This document shows positions 9,835 to 19,000 of a DNA stretch of 64,000 nucleotides, piece after piece (the first letter of the stretch is position 1; every line of letters begins with the position of its first letter). A program made the position numbers and the translations under genes. The notes under the pieces were generated by a model. That model was given only the letters and a program-made list of their open reading frames with translations. It made no database searches and was not told where the DNA came from. The stretch lies in assembly GCA_964539775.1 (NCBI GenBank), contig CAZIKE010000001.1:22013-86012 (forward strand), written 5' to 3'. The stretch comes from an uncultured Chitinophagales bacterium (GTDB lineage: Bacteria; Bacteroidota; Ignavibacteria; UBA10030; UBA6906).

Positions 9835-10553
9835 TGCGGTTCTCCTCTATGTGTGAGTGATCCCTTTGTTGTGCGCTTGCCAAAAATAGCAGTGCCGATG
9901 CGGAGAATGGTTGCGCCTTCCTCGATCGCCACTTCAAAATCTCCCGTCATCCCCATCGAGAGATGCTCCATGTGGACGTTCTCCTGTCCGAGCGATGCCA
10001 ACTCCTGGTGGAGTGTGCGCAGCGTGCGGAACATCGGCCGCGAGCCTTCCGCGTCCGGCAAGAATGGGCCGATCGTCATCAGGCCGGCAATGCACACGTG
10101 CCGGAACTCCGCGAGACTCTTGACGAACTCGACGGCAGCAGAAGGTTGGACGCCGAATTTGCTCTCCTCGCCGGTCGTGTTCACTTCGATGAGGACGTTC
10201 ACCGTTGCGCCTGCATGTGCCGCACGCTTGTCGATCTCGCGCGCCAGTCCGACATTGTCCACGGCATGGATGAGGTGAATCCACGGCACGAGGTATTTGA
10301 CTTTGTTGGACTGCAAGTGTCCGATGAAATGCCATCGGATGGAGCGCCCGCGCAATTGCTCACGTTTCGCGAGAAGCTCCTGCACATAATTCTCGCCGAT
10401 GTCGGAGATACCGGCATCATGTGCTTCCGCTATCGCCTCTGCTGCAAATGTTTTCGACACGGCCACGAGGGTAATGTCGTTGGGATCTCGTCCGCAGCGG
10501 GCACAGGCAGCCGCAATCCTTCTCCGGATCGTATCAATATTCTCGCGAATCAT
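9831..10553 (-). CDS. yggS: YggS-family pyridoxal-phosphate homeostasis protein
   Basis: 240 aa. TLVAVSKT (PLP lysine), HFIGHLQSNK and ..LSMGMTGDFEVAIEEGAT.. motifs. Confidence 0.9.
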   Translation of the reverse strand: MIRENIDTIRRRIAAACARCGRDPNDITLVAVSKTFAAEAIAEAHDAGISDIGENYVQELLAKREQLRGRSIRWHFIGHLQSNKVKYLVPWIHLIHAVDNVGLAREIDKRAAHAGATVNVLIEVNTTGEESKFGVQPSAAVEFVKSLAEFRHVCIAGLMTIGPFLPDAEGSRPMFRTLRTLHQELASLGQENVHMEHLSMGMTGDFEVAIEEGATILRIGTAIFGKRTTKGSLTHRGEPQ

Positions 10554-10569
10554 TCACGACCAACCGTTG

Positions 10570-10598
10570 AATATACTCCTCTTGCTTCTGAAAATCAA
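10570..10598 (-). promoter_or_regulatory. sigma70-like promoter candidate (TTGATT-N17-TATATT) for the yggS operon
   Basis: On the reverse strand, -35 lies at 10598..10593 and -10 at 10575..10570. It is very close to the yggS ATG (10553), which implies a short leader. Confidence 0.3.
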
Positions 10599-10610
10599 CG
10601 AATCTTCCAA

Positions 10611-10639
10611 TTGCATCTGCACGACCTTTCGGTTATATT
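10611..10639 (+). promoter_or_regulatory. sigma70-like promoter candidate (TTGCAT-N17-TATATT) for the ppiD-like gene
   Basis: -35 at 10611..10616 and -10 at 10634..10639, with a 17-nt spacer, about 60 nt upstream of ATG 10700. Confidence 0.45.
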
Positions 10640-10699
10640 TGATGTGCTGCAAAACTCAGCATTCGAATACATTGTAACACAGAAAAGGTTGTCCGGCGT

Positions 10700-12838
10700 A
10701 TGCCTATCATGACCCGCATGCGGGAAAGCATGCCTGTAATTCTGTTCGGACTTTTGATTGCGTTTCTTGTCACCATCATTTTCGAGTGGGGGATGGATTA
10801 CCTCGGTCTGACCTCCGGCAGGGGCCAGCATGGGGCCATCGGGTCGGTCAATGGCAAGGAGATTACATTTCAGGAGTTTAGCGAACTTGTGCGCAACGTT
10901 TCGGAAAACCAGCAGCAGCAATCGAACGTTGAGCCGGATGAGAATCAGATGCGGCAGATTCGCCAGCAGGTGTGGGACCAGCTCGTCAATCAGCGGCTGA
11001 TCGATGAACAGATCAACAAGCTTGGGCTGGTGGTGAGTGATCAAGAAATTGTGGATTGGGTGCGCGGCGAGAACCCGCCCGAAGATTTGAAACGCAACTT
11101 CGTCGATTCCACGGGGACGTTCCGCCGCGATGTGTACGAGCAGTTTCTACGCGACCCCAACCAGTTCATCAGAGACCCGCAAGGTGTCGACCAGACATTC
11201 GGCAGCAAGTGGCTTGCCAACTACGAAAAGAATCTCCGCCAACGGAGACTGCAAGAAAAACTCCAGAGCCTCGTCACCGCAAGCGTACGGGTTAGCGAAG
11301 GAGAAGTCCGCAGGCGGTTCCTTGACCAGAACATCAAGTACGATGTGCTGTTCGCCCTCTTCGAGCCAAACACGTTTGTGAAGGATGAGGACGTTACCGT
11401 CACCGATGCGGACTTGAAATCGTATTATGATGAAAACCTTGAGGTGTACAAGATTCAGCCATCACGAAAACTGAAATACGTCACCTTCCTCGAACATCCT
11501 TCGGCTGCAGACACTGCGGCGAAGATGAGTGAGATTGAAGAGGCATTGAAGAAGGCGCGGGAGGGACAGGACTTCCTTCAACTGGTGAACCTCTACTCCG
11601 ACCGCCCTGACAGCGGTGCGTGGTTCAAGCATGGCGAGTTATCGCCCTCCATCGAGCGTGCTGTGTTCGCCGCGAAGAAGGGTGATATCGTTGGCCCCCT
11701 CAACGAGTTCGATGGCTTCCACATTATCAAGGTGTTGGACGAGCGGAAAGGCGGCCCGGAATTCGTGCGAGCAAGCCACATTCTGTTCCAGTTGACAGGG
11801 GCAGATTCGAACGACGTGAAAGCAACGGCGCGCGAGGTTGCCCAAAAGGCAAGAGCAGGGGCCGATTTTGCCGCGCTTGCAGCGACCTACTCGAAGGATC
11901 ACGGCACTGCACAACAAGGCGGCGATCTCGGCTGGTTCGGCAAGGGAAGAATGGTGGCGGAATTCGAACAGGCTGCGTTCAAGGCAAAAGTGGGTGACGT
12001 GGTTGGCCCGATCCGCACGACATTCGGTTTGCACATCATCAAAGTGACTGGCCGGGATTCCCGGGAGGTGAGGCTTGCCCAAATTGTAACGAAACTGGTC
12101 GCAAGCTCGCAAACCAAGAACGATGTTGCCGACCGTGCAAAAGATTTCGCCGTGCTTGCGCAGTCATCCGAGTTTACTAAAGAAGCAAACGCTGTCGGAC
12201 TTGAAGTGCGGGAAGCAGAGGTACAGGAGAAGGGCGGCGTTATTCCCGGGCTGGGCGTGAACGAGAGCGTGACCCGGTGGGCGTTCAAGAACAGGGTCGG
12301 CTCAGTGAGCGACCCGTTTACCGTTCCCAACGGGTGGGCCGTGTTTACGATCGCTGAAGCGAAGGACGCCGGCGTGCGGCCGTTCGACGAGGTGAAGGAG
12401 TCGTTCCGTCCTCAGGTGCTTCGCAAGAAGAAAATGGAAAAGGTAAAGGAGATTGCCGCAAGCCTTAAAGCGAAGCTTGCTCCTCATGACAGCCTCACGC
12501 GTCTCACGACGCTCGAGCCGCGCGTTCAGGTCCAAGGGACCGGAGCATTCCTGGCAAGCGCAGGAATTCCAGGTGTCGGTCGTGATCTGAGTTTTCTGGG
12601 CGTGGTTGAGGGACTGAACCCCGGGCAAATCTCTGCGCCGTTTATCGGTTTTCGGGGCGTGTATCTCGTTCAGCTCCTGACGAAATCGGCTTTCGACTCG
12701 ACGGCGTACGCGAGCCAGCGCGAAATCCTCCGCACACAGATGCTGCAGGAGAAGCGCAACAGATACGTCGGCGAGTGGTTGGGCCGGCTGAAAGAAACTG
12801 CCGATATCGAAGACAATCGGGATCTCTTCTATCGTTGA
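10700..12838 (+). CDS. membrane-anchored periplasmic chaperone / peptidyl-prolyl isomerase (PpiD/SurA-like)
   Basis: 712 aa. N-terminal TM anchor ([18 protein letters not shown]), a SurA_N-like region and two parvulin-type segments (ASHILF..., [21 protein letters not shown]). Confidence 0.85.
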   Translation: MPIMTRMRESMPVILFGLLIAFLVTIIFEWGMDYLGLTSGRGQHGAIGSVNGKEITFQEFSELVRNVSENQQQQSNVEPDENQMRQIRQQVWDQLVNQRLIDEQINKLGLVVSDQEIVDWVRGENPPEDLKRNFVDSTGTFRRDVYEQFLRDPNQFIRDPQGVDQTFGSKWLANYEKNLRQRRLQEKLQSLVTASVRVSEGEVRRRFLDQNIKYDVLFALFEPNTFVKDEDVTVTDADLKSYYDENLEVYKIQPSRKLKYVTFLEHPSAADTAAKMSEIEEALKKAREGQDFLQLVNLYSDRPDSGAWFKHGELSPSIERAVFAAKKGDIVGPLNEFDGFHIIKVLDERKGGPEFVRASHILFQLTGADSNDVKATAREVAQKARAGADFAALAATYSKDHGTAQQGGDLGWFGKGRMVAEFEQAAFKAKVGDVVGPIRTTFGLHIIKVTGRDSREVRLAQIVTKLVASSQTKNDVADRAKDFAVLAQSSEFTKEANAVGLEVREAEVQEKGGVIPGLGVNESVTRWAFKNRVGSVSDPFTVPNGWAVFTIAEAKDAGVRPFDEVKESFRPQVLRKKKMEKVKEIAASLKAKLAPHDSLTRLTTLEPRVQVQGTGAFLASAGIPGVGRDLSFLGVVEGLNPGQISAPFIGFRGVYLVQLLTKSAFDSTAYASQREILRTQMLQEKRNRYVGEWLGRLKETADIEDNRDLFYR

Positions 12839-12856
12839 TCTGCATGGAGGTGCGGT

Positions 12857-13582
12857 ATGGGAACTCTTCGCCTGCCGGTGGTGCGACCAGGTGTTCTCCT
12901 CATCGCTGTGATCTCTCTGCTTGCGTTTAGGGCGCGCGCCGAGGATAAGCCTTTCTCGATAGCCGTCAAAGGCAGTCTCACAACAACCTCACAGCTTTTC
13001 CCGAATCCCAACTCGCCGGATGAAGTGCAGCGCGCGCAGTTCTTCTCTCTGAAAGATATCTGGGGCATCGGCGTGGAAGTACGGTACCGGTTTCCCGAAA
13101 CCGATCTCGCCCTGGCCATCTCCGCTGATTACCTGCGCACGACCCAAGGCTCCGCCATCCGTCTCTCCGGCAACAGGCACATCCCCGTTGAAGATGGCTA
13201 TCGCGTTGTGCCGGTAGAACTCACCGGATATTTTCTTATCCCCATTTCCGGCGAGACGATCGGCGTGTATATGGGCGGCGGTGGCGGCGCCTACTTTGGC
13301 CGCAGAATCTACCGTATCGGCAACGTTGAAGCTTCCTCCATCGATCAAGGGGTGGGATTCGGCATTCATGTGATGAGCGGGGTGAGCTACCGATTCAACG
13401 ACATGATGTCGGTCGTGGCGGAAATGAAATTCCGCGACCTGCAGTTCAACTCCACAAATCAGTTCTCTTCTCCCACGATCCATTATGGTTCCACCGTTGT
13501 GCCGGTAAATACGCAACCGTTCGAGTCGCGCGTGCACACCGACGGCATCGTCTTTCAGCTGGGCATTGTGCTTGCGTTTTGA
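12857..13582 (+). CDS. outer-membrane beta-barrel protein
   Basis: 241 aa with a signal peptide, alternating beta pattern and a C-terminal ..FQLGIVLAF. Confidence 0.65.
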   Translation: MGTLRLPVVRPGVLLIAVISLLAFRARAEDKPFSIAVKGSLTTTSQLFPNPNSPDEVQRAQFFSLKDIWGIGVEVRYRFPETDLALAISADYLRTTQGSAIRLSGNRHIPVEDGYRVVPVELTGYFLIPISGETIGVYMGGGGGAYFGRRIYRIGNVEASSIDQGVGFGIHVMSGVSYRFNDMMSVVAEMKFRDLQFNSTNQFSSPTIHYGSTVVPVNTQPFESRVHTDGIVFQLGIVLAF

Positions 13583-13844
13583 AATCGTGTGACCGCTTCG
13601 TCCGATCAATATCCACAGTTCACTCATCCTGAAGCCTTGCGTCTGCTTCATGTATCTCCACCGGCGACACTTGCCTTCTTTGGAGCACTTTGATATGATT
13701 ATAGGTGCGGATGTTGCGTACGAGCGATCGAGCTTCGAAGCACTGCTGGATGTGCTGTGGGAGGGGCGAACGCACATCGTCCATCGGGTCCATATCTGGT
13801 CTAATGGGGTAGCGTAGGACGTTCGGGACGATCTCGGGCAGACA

Positions 13845-14405
13845 ATGCACAATCCTCCACCGAAACATAAGCACCTGATTTATCTCACAGGGTTCATGGG
13901 GTGCGGCAAGAGCACCATCGGACCTATCCTGGCGAACACACTCGGCTATTCCTTTGCGGATGTGGACAAGGTTATCGAAGAACGCGTCGGCAAGAGCGTG
14001 AAGGATATTTTTCGAGACGATGGCGAGAAGTTCTTTCGCGACATCGAGCGGCAGGTGGTGAGCGAGCTGAGCCAACGCGACCATCACGTGATTTCTCTCG
14101 GAGGCGGATCGGTTGTCGACCCGGCGACGTTTGCCGTCATAAAGGAGTCGGGCATTCTGGTGTATCTCTACTCATCCCCCGAACAGCTCCTGAAACGACT
14201 TCGTCACAAAACCGACCGGCCCGTCCTCGCCAACAACGAGGGCACCCTGGTGGGACAGGACGAACTTCGCGAGCGCGTCATGCAGTTGTTTGCCGCCCGC
14301 GAACCACTCTATGCACAAGCACAAGTGATCGTCCATACCGATGAGAAACGAGTCGGTCTCACGGTTGACGAAATTGTGAGAAGCTTGTCACAGATTTTGA
14401 AATGA
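13845..14405 (+). CDS. aroK: shikimate kinase
   Basis: 186 aa. Walker A GFMGCGKSTIG, then DxD and FRxxE patterns typical of AroK. Confidence 0.9.
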   Translation: MHNPPPKHKHLIYLTGFMGCGKSTIGPILANTLGYSFADVDKVIEERVGKSVKDIFRDDGEKFFRDIERQVVSELSQRDHHVISLGGGSVVDPATFAVIKESGILVYLYSSPEQLLKRLRHKTDRPVLANNEGTLVGQDELRERVMQLFAAREPLYAQAQVIVHTDEKRVGLTVDEIVRSLSQILK

Positions 14406-14434
14406 AGATTCCCCTCTTTGCCGGAGCCTGCTCG

Positions 14435-14463
14435 TTGCATCTCGCAACGGTAATCTCTATATT
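14435..14463 (+). promoter_or_regulatory. sigma70-like promoter candidate (TTGCAT-N17-TATATT) for rfaE genes
   Basis: -35 at 14435..14440 and -10 at 14458..14463. The -35 lies inside a small palindrome, CGTTGC-N5-GCAACG. Confidence 0.45.
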
Positions 14464-14500
14464 CTCGCACACTACAACAGGTTAAGGGGGAGTGTATTCT

Positions 14501-15508
14501 ATGGTCACGTTTACTGAGCATCGTCTCCAGGAACTTCTGGAGGCCTTCAAGACGAAGAAGATTGCCGTTGTCGGGGATCTGATGGTCGACCGCTACTACT
14601 GGGGCACGGTGGGCCGCATTTCTCCCGAAGCGCCCGTCCCGGTTGTCGAAGTAGTCGAAGAGCAAGTACGGCTCGGCGGTGCTGCCAACGTTGCCAACAA
14701 CATCCAGACGCTTGGCGGCGAACCGATGCTCGTTGGCCTGATCGGGAATGACCACCCCGGCCAGGTGTTTATCGAGATTCTCAAAGAGCGCAACCTCCCC
14801 GCCAAAGGCATTGTCACCGATGCCTCGCGGCCCACAACGATCAAAACAAGGGTCATTGCCCACGCCCAGCACGTCGTCCGCATCGACAACGAATCGAAAG
14901 CCGAATGCCCCGAGCACATTCGCCACATGATTATCGACGCCGTGAAGTACAACATCCATGAGCTCGATGCGATCATTATTGAGGATTACAACAAGGGCGT
15001 GGTGACGAAAGATGTGATCCATGAGCTGATTGCCGTTGCCCGAAAGTATAACAAGATCATCACCGTCGATCCGAAGTTCAACAACTTCCTCGAATACAAG
15101 CACGTCACCGTCTTCAAGCCGAACAGACGTGAGGTAGAAGAGGCGATCGGCGGCAGGTTGAAATCCGTTGGCGACGTCGAACGCGCGGGGAAACATCTGT
15201 TGGAAGTGCTCGAGGCCGAAAATATTCTTCTCACGCGTGGAGAGGAGGGGATGTCGTTGTTCGAGTCGAACGGCGCTATCACCCATATCCCGACGCAAGC
15301 AACCAATGTGCAGGATGTCTCCGGCGCGGGCGACACCGTTGTTTCCACGCTGACGATGGCGTTGGCAAGCGGGGCAACGATTCATGAGGCAGCGACGCTG
15401 GCAAACTGCGCCGCGGGGATTGTCGTCGGTTCTGTGGGCATTGTGCCGGTCAAACCGAGCGAGCTGGTGGAGGCGGCGCTGCGCTTCTCGAAGAACGGAC
15501 GCGCCTGA
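14501..15508 (+). CDS. D-glycero-beta-D-manno-heptose-7-phosphate kinase (RfaE domain I / HldA-like)
   Basis: pfkB/ribokinase-like, with KIAVVGDLMVDRYYWG and DVSGAGDTVVS motifs. The ORF track starts at GTG 14492. ATG 14501 has better spacing to the AAGGGGGAG SD. Confidence 0.85.
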   Translation: MVTFTEHRLQELLEAFKTKKIAVVGDLMVDRYYWGTVGRISPEAPVPVVEVVEEQVRLGGAANVANNIQTLGGEPMLVGLIGNDHPGQVFIEILKERNLPAKGIVTDASRPTTIKTRVIAHAQHVVRIDNESKAECPEHIRHMIIDAVKYNIHELDAIIIEDYNKGVVTKDVIHELIAVARKYNKIITVDPKFNNFLEYKHVTVFKPNRREVEEAIGGRLKSVGDVERAGKHLLEVLEAENILLTRGEEGMSLFESNGAITHIPTQATNVQDVSGAGDTVVSTLTMALASGATIHEAATLANCAAGIVVGSVGIVPVKPSELVEAALRFSKNGRA

Positions 15509-15984
15509 TGGGGAAAGTGCTTTCTCTGACGGCTTTGCTGAAGGTTCGGGCAACGCTCCGCAAACAGAAGAAGAAAGTCGTCTTCACGAACGGAACGTTC
15601 GATATTCTGCACCGCGGCCACGTCGAGTATCTGACGAAGGCCAAAGCGCTGGGCGATGTCCTTATCGTCGGATTGAACACCGACGCTTCCATCCGCCGGA
15701 TCAAAGGCCCGCAACGCCCCATCAATAGCAACCGCGACCGGGCGGCGGTGCTTGCGGCGCTTGAAGCTGTTGACTATATCTGCTTCTTCGGTGAGGACAC
15801 GCCGCAGCGACTGATTGCCGCGCTGGTGCCGGATGTGCTGGTAAAAGGGGCAGACTGGAAGGTGGACGCAATTGTGGGGAAAGATATTGTGGAGAAGCAT
15901 GGCGGCGTGGTGAAGACGATCCGCCTGACCCGGGGTCGCTCGACCACGAACGTCATCCAACGCGTTCTGGACGCGTATCGATGA
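15508..15984 (+). CDS. D-glycero-beta-D-manno-heptose-1-phosphate adenylyltransferase (RfaE domain II / HldC-like)
   Basis: 158 aa. The cytidylyltransferase-fold motif FTNGTFDILHRGH is present. TGATG overlap with the kinase gene. Confidence 0.9.
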   Translation: MGKVLSLTALLKVRATLRKQKKKVVFTNGTFDILHRGHVEYLTKAKALGDVLIVGLNTDASIRRIKGPQRPINSNRDRAAVLAALEAVDYICFFGEDTPQRLIAALVPDVLVKGADWKVDAIVGKDIVEKHGGVVKTIRLTRGRSTTNVIQRVLDAYR

Positions 15985-16073
15985 GTGTCGAAGGATGACA
16001 ATCCTTCTCCCCTGACTATTCATCAACAAAGCGGTGGGTGCCCTCCAGGGGCAGGCCGCAGTGGGAAAGAGCG

Positions 16074-19000
16074 GTGAAGAAGATTCTCAAATGGCTTGCG
16101 TACGTTTCTGCCGGCATCATTGCCCTCGCAAGCATTGTGGCAGGCATCAGTCAAACGCAATTCTTCCGCGACAGGCTTCGCTCGTTCGCTCTCACGCAAC
16201 TGGATTCCCTGCTGAATGCCGAGGTGCGCCTCGGTGAACTTCGCGGTAATCTCATCACCGGTTTCTCCATCGATTCGGTCTTCATTGCCGTTCAAGGAAC
16301 ACCGTTCCTCAGCGCAGAGCGACTGGCTCTTCGATACGATCTCTTCCAGATTCCCTCAAAGCGCGTCACCATCAGCAATCTCATCCTCGTCCGGCCTCAG
16401 ATAGCGCTGCTATGCGGAAGCGATGGTGTGTGGAATTTCGAGCGGATGGTGCGCCCATCCCCCGAAGACACCACCTCCACGCCGTTCGACTGGCCCATCA
16501 AAGTCGACCGGCTTGAGATCAAGGAGGGCTTCCTCCGGCTTCTCGATTCCGCCGCACTGGCAGCACCGGATCATGAGACAACCGACGCGTACTACGTGGA
16601 GTATCATGATTTCAGTCTCCGCAATGTGAACCTCGTCGCCACGTCGTGCCTCATAACCCCGGTGGAGAAGCGGGCACGTCTCGCGGCGCTCAGCTTCGAC
16701 TCAGAGCATCCCACCGTTCACCTCACGAAGCTGTCCGGAGACTTCAAGGTGACGCGCAAGGAGGCGACGGTCAAGAACATGATCGTGCAAACGTCACGTT
16801 CACACATGCTGTTGAACGCAACGATGAAGGACATCGATCTCTTCGGCGGGCTTGCGCTTTCAGAGCTGCAAGAGAAACCCGTTGAGCTTTCCCTGCGAGC
16901 GTACGGTCTTGATCTCAACGAACTGAAGCGCTTCATCCATCAGCTCGACTTCTTGCATGGTGAAGTGAAAGCGGAGATCGCTGCCGAAGGCCAGTTCGGG
17001 CGTTTGGACATTAGCCAGATTGATCTGCAAACGCGCGCGTCCGAGTTACACTTTGCGGGGACGCTCTCCAACCTGCATGACCCAAAGGCCCTGCATCTGA
17101 ACATCAAATGCCGCGAGAGCGTCATCAGCTACGACGATGTGAGGGCGCTGATGCCCTCGATTCCCCTGCCGGATTTCCGCTCCATTGGACCCGCCGGCAT
17201 CTCGTTCGACTTCAACGGCGAGCCGCTGCAGTTTACCACTGCGCTTTCCATCCAAACGGACGCGGGTTCGGTTTCCACAAACGGAGTGGCTTTGACTATT
17301 GGCGGGGAGTCTTCTCTCCAATACGAAGGGGAGTTTACGTTGCACGGCGTGAATCTGGCCCGCGTGCTTGCAGAAAGTGAATTGGAGTCTTCCCTCAATG
17401 GCACACTACACGTTACCGGCAGTGGGACGTCGCTAGACAACCTTACTGTACGAGCTGAGCTGACGCTCGATTCGTCGTACGTCTGCGGACAACCCGTGGA
17501 AGCAACGTCGGTGACCGTCACCGCCGCGCATGGCAATCTTGCCGGCGTTGCCCGGCTTGCCTGGGGTACGATGCGTACCGAGTTGGAAGCAAAGCTGGAT
17601 GATGCTGTTCGTGCAACCCCCCGTTTCAGCATTGCGGGGACGATCTCTTCGCTGAACCTCGCCGATCTCTTGAACGATCCATCACACAACAGCGACCTGA
17701 CGCTGCGTCTCAAGGCCGAAGGCACCGGCCTGGAGTGGGAGAAGTTGAACTGCACGGCGCTCTTCGACTTCTCCTCGTCCCGGTACCGCGAGTACAGGAT
17801 CGACTCGGGTGCCGTGCATCTGCTGATTGACCAGCGAGACCCGATGCACAGCGCCATCAGCATCAATTCCGGCCTGGCGGATTTTTCCATCAAAGGCCAG
17901 TTCGATCTGGACTATATGGTGGGATTGATACGGTACGAGATCAATAGTCTGCGACTGGCGGTGGGGCAGCGGCTCCGGGTGATCGACTCGACGCTGGCGA
18001 CGACACTGGATGAGCAGGCCCTTGTTGCGTTGGGAAACCGGCTTGCGGCACAGAAGAAATCGTTGAACGCCGCATACGAATTGCGCGTGAAGAACCTTGA
18101 GCCGCTTTCCCTTCTCACCGGAAACCGGACGTTCGATGCTGTCGGCGTGATTGAAGGATCGCTGCAGGGAGATTACACAACGCTGGCAGGCGATGCGCGG
18201 CTTGAGCTGCGCGAGTTCTTCTACGGAAACGCCGACTCGGGGATGCTGGTGCAGAATGGTGATGCGACACTTCGCTTCAGCGATCTTCATCCCATCAATC
18301 CTCTTTCATCACTGACACTACGCATCCGTGCGGATGCCGGCAAAATGCACATTAACCGTACGAAGCTTGACACGCTCAAATTCGGTATCTTTTATGATAA
18401 AGAGTACGCAGGGTTTGTGGTGCAGGCGGACTATGACTGGGACTACCACTTCCGCACGAACGGCCAGGTGGGCGTGACGGACGACGGCGTGCAGTTCACG
18501 TTGAGCAATCTCCAGCTCGGCTACCAGGATTATCTGTGGAAGGCCGATGATGGAGGAGTAATTGCTGTGAATCCGCACGGCATGCGCGTGCATTCCTTCA
18601 TCCTGCGGCGCGATTCTCAAACCGTGGCCTTCACCGGATCGTTGCTTGCAGGCGGTGCGCTGGGGGCAACGGTGCAGTGCCGCTCGCTCGATCTCGTCAA
18701 CCTGAAGTATGTCCTCCGAAAAGAAGAGCAAGGAACAGATGCACGACTGTTCGAAGGCCGGGCAGACCTCGATGCCTCCGCCCGCGGCACGCTCACCAGC
18801 CCTGTGTACGATGCAACCCTCACTGCGCGCAGCGTGTCGTTTCGCGGTTTTCCGTTCGGGGAGATTCACGGCACCCTGACCTATCGTGATGAACAACTCG
18901 TCGCTGCACTCTCGATGGATAATCGCTCCGACAAAACCTCCGGTGCCCCCGATCTCACCATCCGCGGCACGCTTCCCATCCGCCTCGCGCTTACCGGCGT

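Noticed and set aside
13695-13817. 40-codon plus-strand ORF (MIIGADVAYERSSFEALLDVLWEGRTHIVHRVHIWSNGVA) in the 262-bp gap before aroK
   Set aside because: It has no SD, no recognisable family, and is too short to support. The gap itself remains unexplained.
14309-15553. 414-aa minus-strand ORF
   Set aside because: It is antisense to the aroK 3' end and the rfaE kinase gene. No motifs were recognised.
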